Origin: an uncultured virus (IMG/VR IMGVR_UViG_2061766007_000739)
Lineage: Duplodnaviria; Heunggongvirae; Uroviricota; Caudoviricetes
DNA: 64,000 nt
Reading direction: 5' to 3' (one strand)
Virus record (IMG/VR): IMGVR_UViG_2061766007_000739
Shown here: positions 59,701 to 64,000 of the stretch, piece after piece
Numbering within the stretch: the first letter of the stretch is position 1
How the letters are laid out: each line of letters begins with the position of its first letter
Program-made: the position numbers and the translations under genes
The notes under the pieces: generated by a model
Databases searched by the model: none
What the model saw: the letters and a program-made list of their open reading frames with translations, nothing else
Told to the model about the DNA's origin: nothing

Positions 59701-62700
59701 GATTGAGTGCTCGGGAATCGACGGGACACATCCTCATCTTCACCCGGCTTACTGTACATACGCTCCTTTGCAACTCGCTGCATTGCACCCGGAATCGTCG
59801 AATCAGGGGTATCAATTCCACGCAGTGGGTTAGGTGTGGCAGAAGTCTTGGTCATGTCGCCAACACGGAGAATAATATGCGCAAATGCGGTACTGATACG
59901 GGAGATTGTTTCATAGTTATACGGAGGTGCACCAATGATAGGAACCTTTGTTAGGAAGTTCATGAGCTCGTAACGCATAGCAGCGGCACCACCAAGGAGA
60001 ATAGTACCCACGCCACAACGGTCCTGTAAACTTGCAATCACTTCCTTGGCCAACGATATCCATTCTTCTACACTGCGATTGGTCATTTCAGGATGTCCCG
60101 AAGCAGGAGTCAATTCCGCTTTCAAACGGGATTCCATATATTTTGAACCAATTACGTTGATGATGTCATCAGCCCAGAACAACGGCACTTCTGTTTTAGC
60201 AGCTTCTGCCTTTGTTGCCCCAACCCGATCTTCAAGCTCAGCAAGCTCTTCTTTAGCCGATTGAATATAATCGGCGCATGCCATAAGGGCTTGCTTATCC
60301 AAACCATCAAACGCGCTTTCGCCGTCAGTCAGTGGCTTAATAGAGGCACTATTTTGATCAACCGTACCTGCTTTAACTGTATCGAGGCCAAAGTGGCCAC
60401 TCATGCCAGCATAAGTAGTTCCAGTTGGTTTCCATGTACTCATTCGTTCGGCAATTTCTTCACCAAAGCCATGTTGTTCCTGGCCGGTGGAAAGCTGTTC
60501 TTCGGGCACATCACCAAAACCAACCGTTTCCACATTTTCTTTGGACAGGTCGCGAGGAGCAGTCTTGAAGAACTGTGCAATGCTATTCTTCAGCTGTTCG
60601 GCATCCCGAGAACTCTGTACCACGTTGACCGCGGACGATAGCAGGTTAGCATAAGCCATGCGTTCGGCTTCATCACCAACACTTTTACCCCTGAATGCAT
60701 TGTAAATCGGCTCAAGCAACTTGCCGTTGCATGACAATATCTTCACATTTTTACGGCAAATATCCATGTTATGAAGGAGCCCACTATTGTTTACGGTAAA
60801 CTTCCTAAGATGTTCTTCAGCATTATGAAGCTTGTCGAAATTAGCCGGGAGTTTAGACATGAGCATTGGTTGCACGCCGCGACGTACCATTCCATTCACA
60901 ATAATACTAGCTATCGATGCATACACGCAAGCGTACACTTGTACTAGTCTATTATATTCACGCCCAACATTCTCGAATGCATCAAACACCTCGCGGATAT
61001 ACTTTTTATCAACATTCGGAATGCTATTCATGATACTTGCTGCACGACGATACAGTTCCTCGTTGATACTAGGAAGCATTGTTCGAGCAGATTTAATACG
61101 CTCAGTTGGAGCCATCTGTTCAGTCGCTCCTGGCACCATAGTAATCTCAGAAACAACATCCAACAATTCTTTAATCTTGTCAATTTCGACACGGCGTTCC
61201 TGGTCAATGCGCTGCAACCTTGTTGCATTAACACCGACACGGCCAATAGGCTCATTAGTATCGGCATCATAGTTCACCAGCATTCGGTTACCAACATCAT
61301 ACTTACCACCAATGTAAGTATTGGCATCGTTAAGATTCTGATACCCATATCCCTCAATGAAATTCATCCCGGATGTAGCAACATCCTGCAGGAACACATT
61401 AAATGTTTTAAGCTTTGTATGTACATCATCACCATATGCATCAGAAATCTCTTGTGGAAGATTGCGTTTTTCTAAGGCATCAATGAAGTCAATACACATT
61501 TCCTTGGACAGATTCTTTACATCACCCATAATAGCATCAGTAAGTTGGATGATGTCAGAAAATCCCTGAGCAGATGCTATATCCGAGGTAACAAGAACAT
61601 TCAACTCCGGGTTGTTATATATGATTGCTCCATATGCCCGAGCCTTATCAATAACTTGCTTCCTCAAATCTTCGATCGATACATTAGAAAGTAAGTTCCT
61701 GATACTACCAAAGACATCGTTGAACGCACAACGATATGCACTCTGCGCCGGAGCTGTTTCCGGAACAGTAAGCGCCTTATGCAAGAAAGTCTTTAATGAC
61801 GCATTGTAGTTCACAATATTCTGAGACATTGCATACGCCTGCAATTCGCCATCAGACAACTTACTCACTTCCGGATCATTCGCTAATTTTGGGGAAATAG
61901 TAGACATCGTGGTGTTTCGATCAAGAATTTCTCCCTTGAACGTATCACCCCCACCGGTAATTGCAGCAGCGGAAGTCTTATTTGGTGCCGACATGATAAC
62001 ATCTCCAGCAATATCTGGGCCTTCTGTCTTTCTGGCATCGTTAAGTTCCGCACTTTCATCGTTTAAGAATTCCAACCTGTTATCAACTACTCTACTATAT
62101 GGGACAACACCCATCCATTCGGTATAGGTCGTAAAGGAGGAATTGCTGTCAATGTATGGGAAAAGGACCGGTAAAATGTACCGTTCAGCATCATTGGGAG
62201 AACTGGAGTCAAATGTAACCTGTTCGCCATTAAGATCAACGGTTACCTTTCCAGATTCCTTGTCATCGCCAACAATCTTAAACTTATTTGGAAATTTCTT
62301 CACTGCTTCCAGAATACGAGAAGTGATTTCACCCTTTTCCACGCTAGTCTTACGAAGCAAGATTTCATCACCCGTACCAGAAACACCCGGATAGACCTTA
62401 TCCTTTCCATCCGGATTCAACTGGAAGAAACGACGAAGAACCATGTCCTTCAACTGGAGCGTACGATTATCACCACCCAAAGTTCTCAATTTAGCAATAG
62501 CTTCATCACGTTTGCTGGATGCCGTCTGTGCATCGCTTGCCAATTTTGCAACATAATTGTTGATTGTTGTACGGAGGTCATCCAGCACTTCTTCCGTAGG
62601 AACCTTAGTCTCGGGAACTTTAAGTCCAAATGCATAAGCAATCATCGAATAGCCACGGAAAATGTCAGCATCGCTTATGTCTGGGTCACCACCACGCTTC

Positions 62701-63665
62701 TTGGTGAAACTATAACAGTCCTTAGCAAACATTGAACGCAAATACGCCGGCGCAACCGATGCCCCACGCATATCCACGTCATTGTTAAACATGTCAAGCG
62801 CACGATACTCCGAACGGCCTTCGCCTGTCTGGTATTCAGTAGTATCATCTACACCTTCACCTTCAATCCAGTCACGCACAAAGCCAACCGTATCCTGAAT
62901 AACCGATGGCGAATTAGTATCCACATCATCAGCATATTTTTCAGCCATGGAGCAAGCAATGTAAGCATACACTTCAGCATCTGAAATTTTAACATCGCGT
63001 CTGGGTTCCAAATAGTGCTTAATTCCATCGGCATCGGCAGAAATTGGTTTTGGAGACTTGAGCTCAGTTACATACTTGGCATGATATTTCTTAATCATTG
63101 CAGACATATCATCCAGCAACGCTTTGTGAGTTCGCTTGTCTTCAATATGGTCTTCCAAGTCAAAAAGATATTCACCAAACTTTTCGCCAATAGCCTTCAA
63201 TCGTTCAGGGTTATTCAACTGTCCAACCACAATCTTGCGAGCTTTTGTCAAATCAGGCTTATCGTGAATGCCCACCTTTTCTTGAACATTCCGTTTCCAC
63301 CCTTCTTGTCCAGCGTACGGAACAATTCGACCAGTTTCAGGATCATGTCGTACGCCAGCCTGCTTAGATGCATCTTTATGAACACCCCCGTCAGCCAAGC
63401 GACCAATGTCATCAGTTACAGCCTCCGCAATGACAGTGAAATATTCCGGGTCATCCTCCTTATGGCAAGCAGCATAGATAACAGATGCCAGGCTTGGTGG
63501 AAAACGCAAGGTCTTGTTGTGCCGGTCCAGGCTATAAAACGGAGAATCTTCACGGATGGCAGGGAACACCAACGCCAAATCCTTCATCGCAATGAGAGAA
63601 GACCTAACCCCCTGGATGTCCTGTTCCGCATTATGCAAACTTTCAAACAGTGGACTAACACTCAT
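56785..63665 (-). CDS. Giant hypothetical protein (about 2,250 aa once gaps and duplication are resolved), probable internal head or ejection protein
   Basis: The 1814 aa ORF continues via overlapping variant sequence at 58100-58240 and across the 57364-57639 gap. The missing part seems to sit at 3605-4137. N-terminal PLFES; TATAAACT upstream. Confidence 0.7.
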
Positions 63666-63719
63666 ACTGTAACCTTTGAAACATAGTTATATGCCGGTAG
63701 TTTATAGGCATACCGAGTT

Positions 63720-63984
63720 TTATAATGCATCATTCCATGCAAATACGGTAGGTCTTAATCTATAAACTACAGTCGTTAACGATATCGAGGTAATTATGGC
63801 AACTATAGCACCGTTTGTACAGCTAAGTGATCCAGCGGACGATCCACTTGTAGAAACTTCGTTCCCCTCGGATATATGCCCAGACACCAAATCAGCGATG
63901 TCCCTATATGCCCAGATGACCCAACCAATGTGCCCACAGAACTGTATCAACGACACCTTTTCCGAGTCATTGAACAATCCAGCA
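63720..63984 (-). CDS. 3' part of a hypothetical gene
   Basis: Open frame running from the gap at the window end. Confidence 0.35.
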
Positions 63985-64000
63985 NNNNNNNNNNAATCCA

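Noticed and set aside
1..64000. Alternative genetic code, tRNA or rRNA genes
   Set aside because: Core genes are full length in the standard code and end in TAA, TAG and TGA. I recognised no tRNA or rRNA by eye, though no scan was run.

Overview
A 64 kb piece of a large, divergent T4-like (myovirus or jumbo-type) phage genome, from a gapped scaffold that mixes strain variants. It carries head genes (gp17 terminase, gp20 portal, gp23 capsid, a probable scaffold protein) and tail or baseplate genes (gp25 fusion, HxH-repeat fibre, two large proteins with cell-wall hydrolase-like motifs). A T4-type replication block holds family B polymerase, gp45-like clamp, primase, gp32, RuvC-like resolvase, gp41 helicase and UvsX. 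Accessory genes include a sigma70-family factor, DnaJ, Hsp20, patatin, a GNAT, a glycosyltransferase, an ATP-cone fragment and an HNH nuclease. A roughly 2,250 aa giant protein lies near the right end. The most striking feature is a TnpA-less tnpB element (about 9222-10568) apparently inserted at the stop codon of the sigma gene. Removing it in silico restores a TTTAT junction and a TAA stop, its omega-RNA guide would target that empty allele, and its 5' leader is a three-hairpin RNA with perfectly complementary 7-nt loops that hides the putative RBS. Two recurring promoter classes are visible: TATAAACT before virion genes and TGnTATATT/TATAGT before replication genes. All protein calls come from motif recognition by eye, not database searches. 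Duplicated or inverted pieces flanked by short N gaps (1-5000 and 58100-58400) are treated as assembly artefacts.
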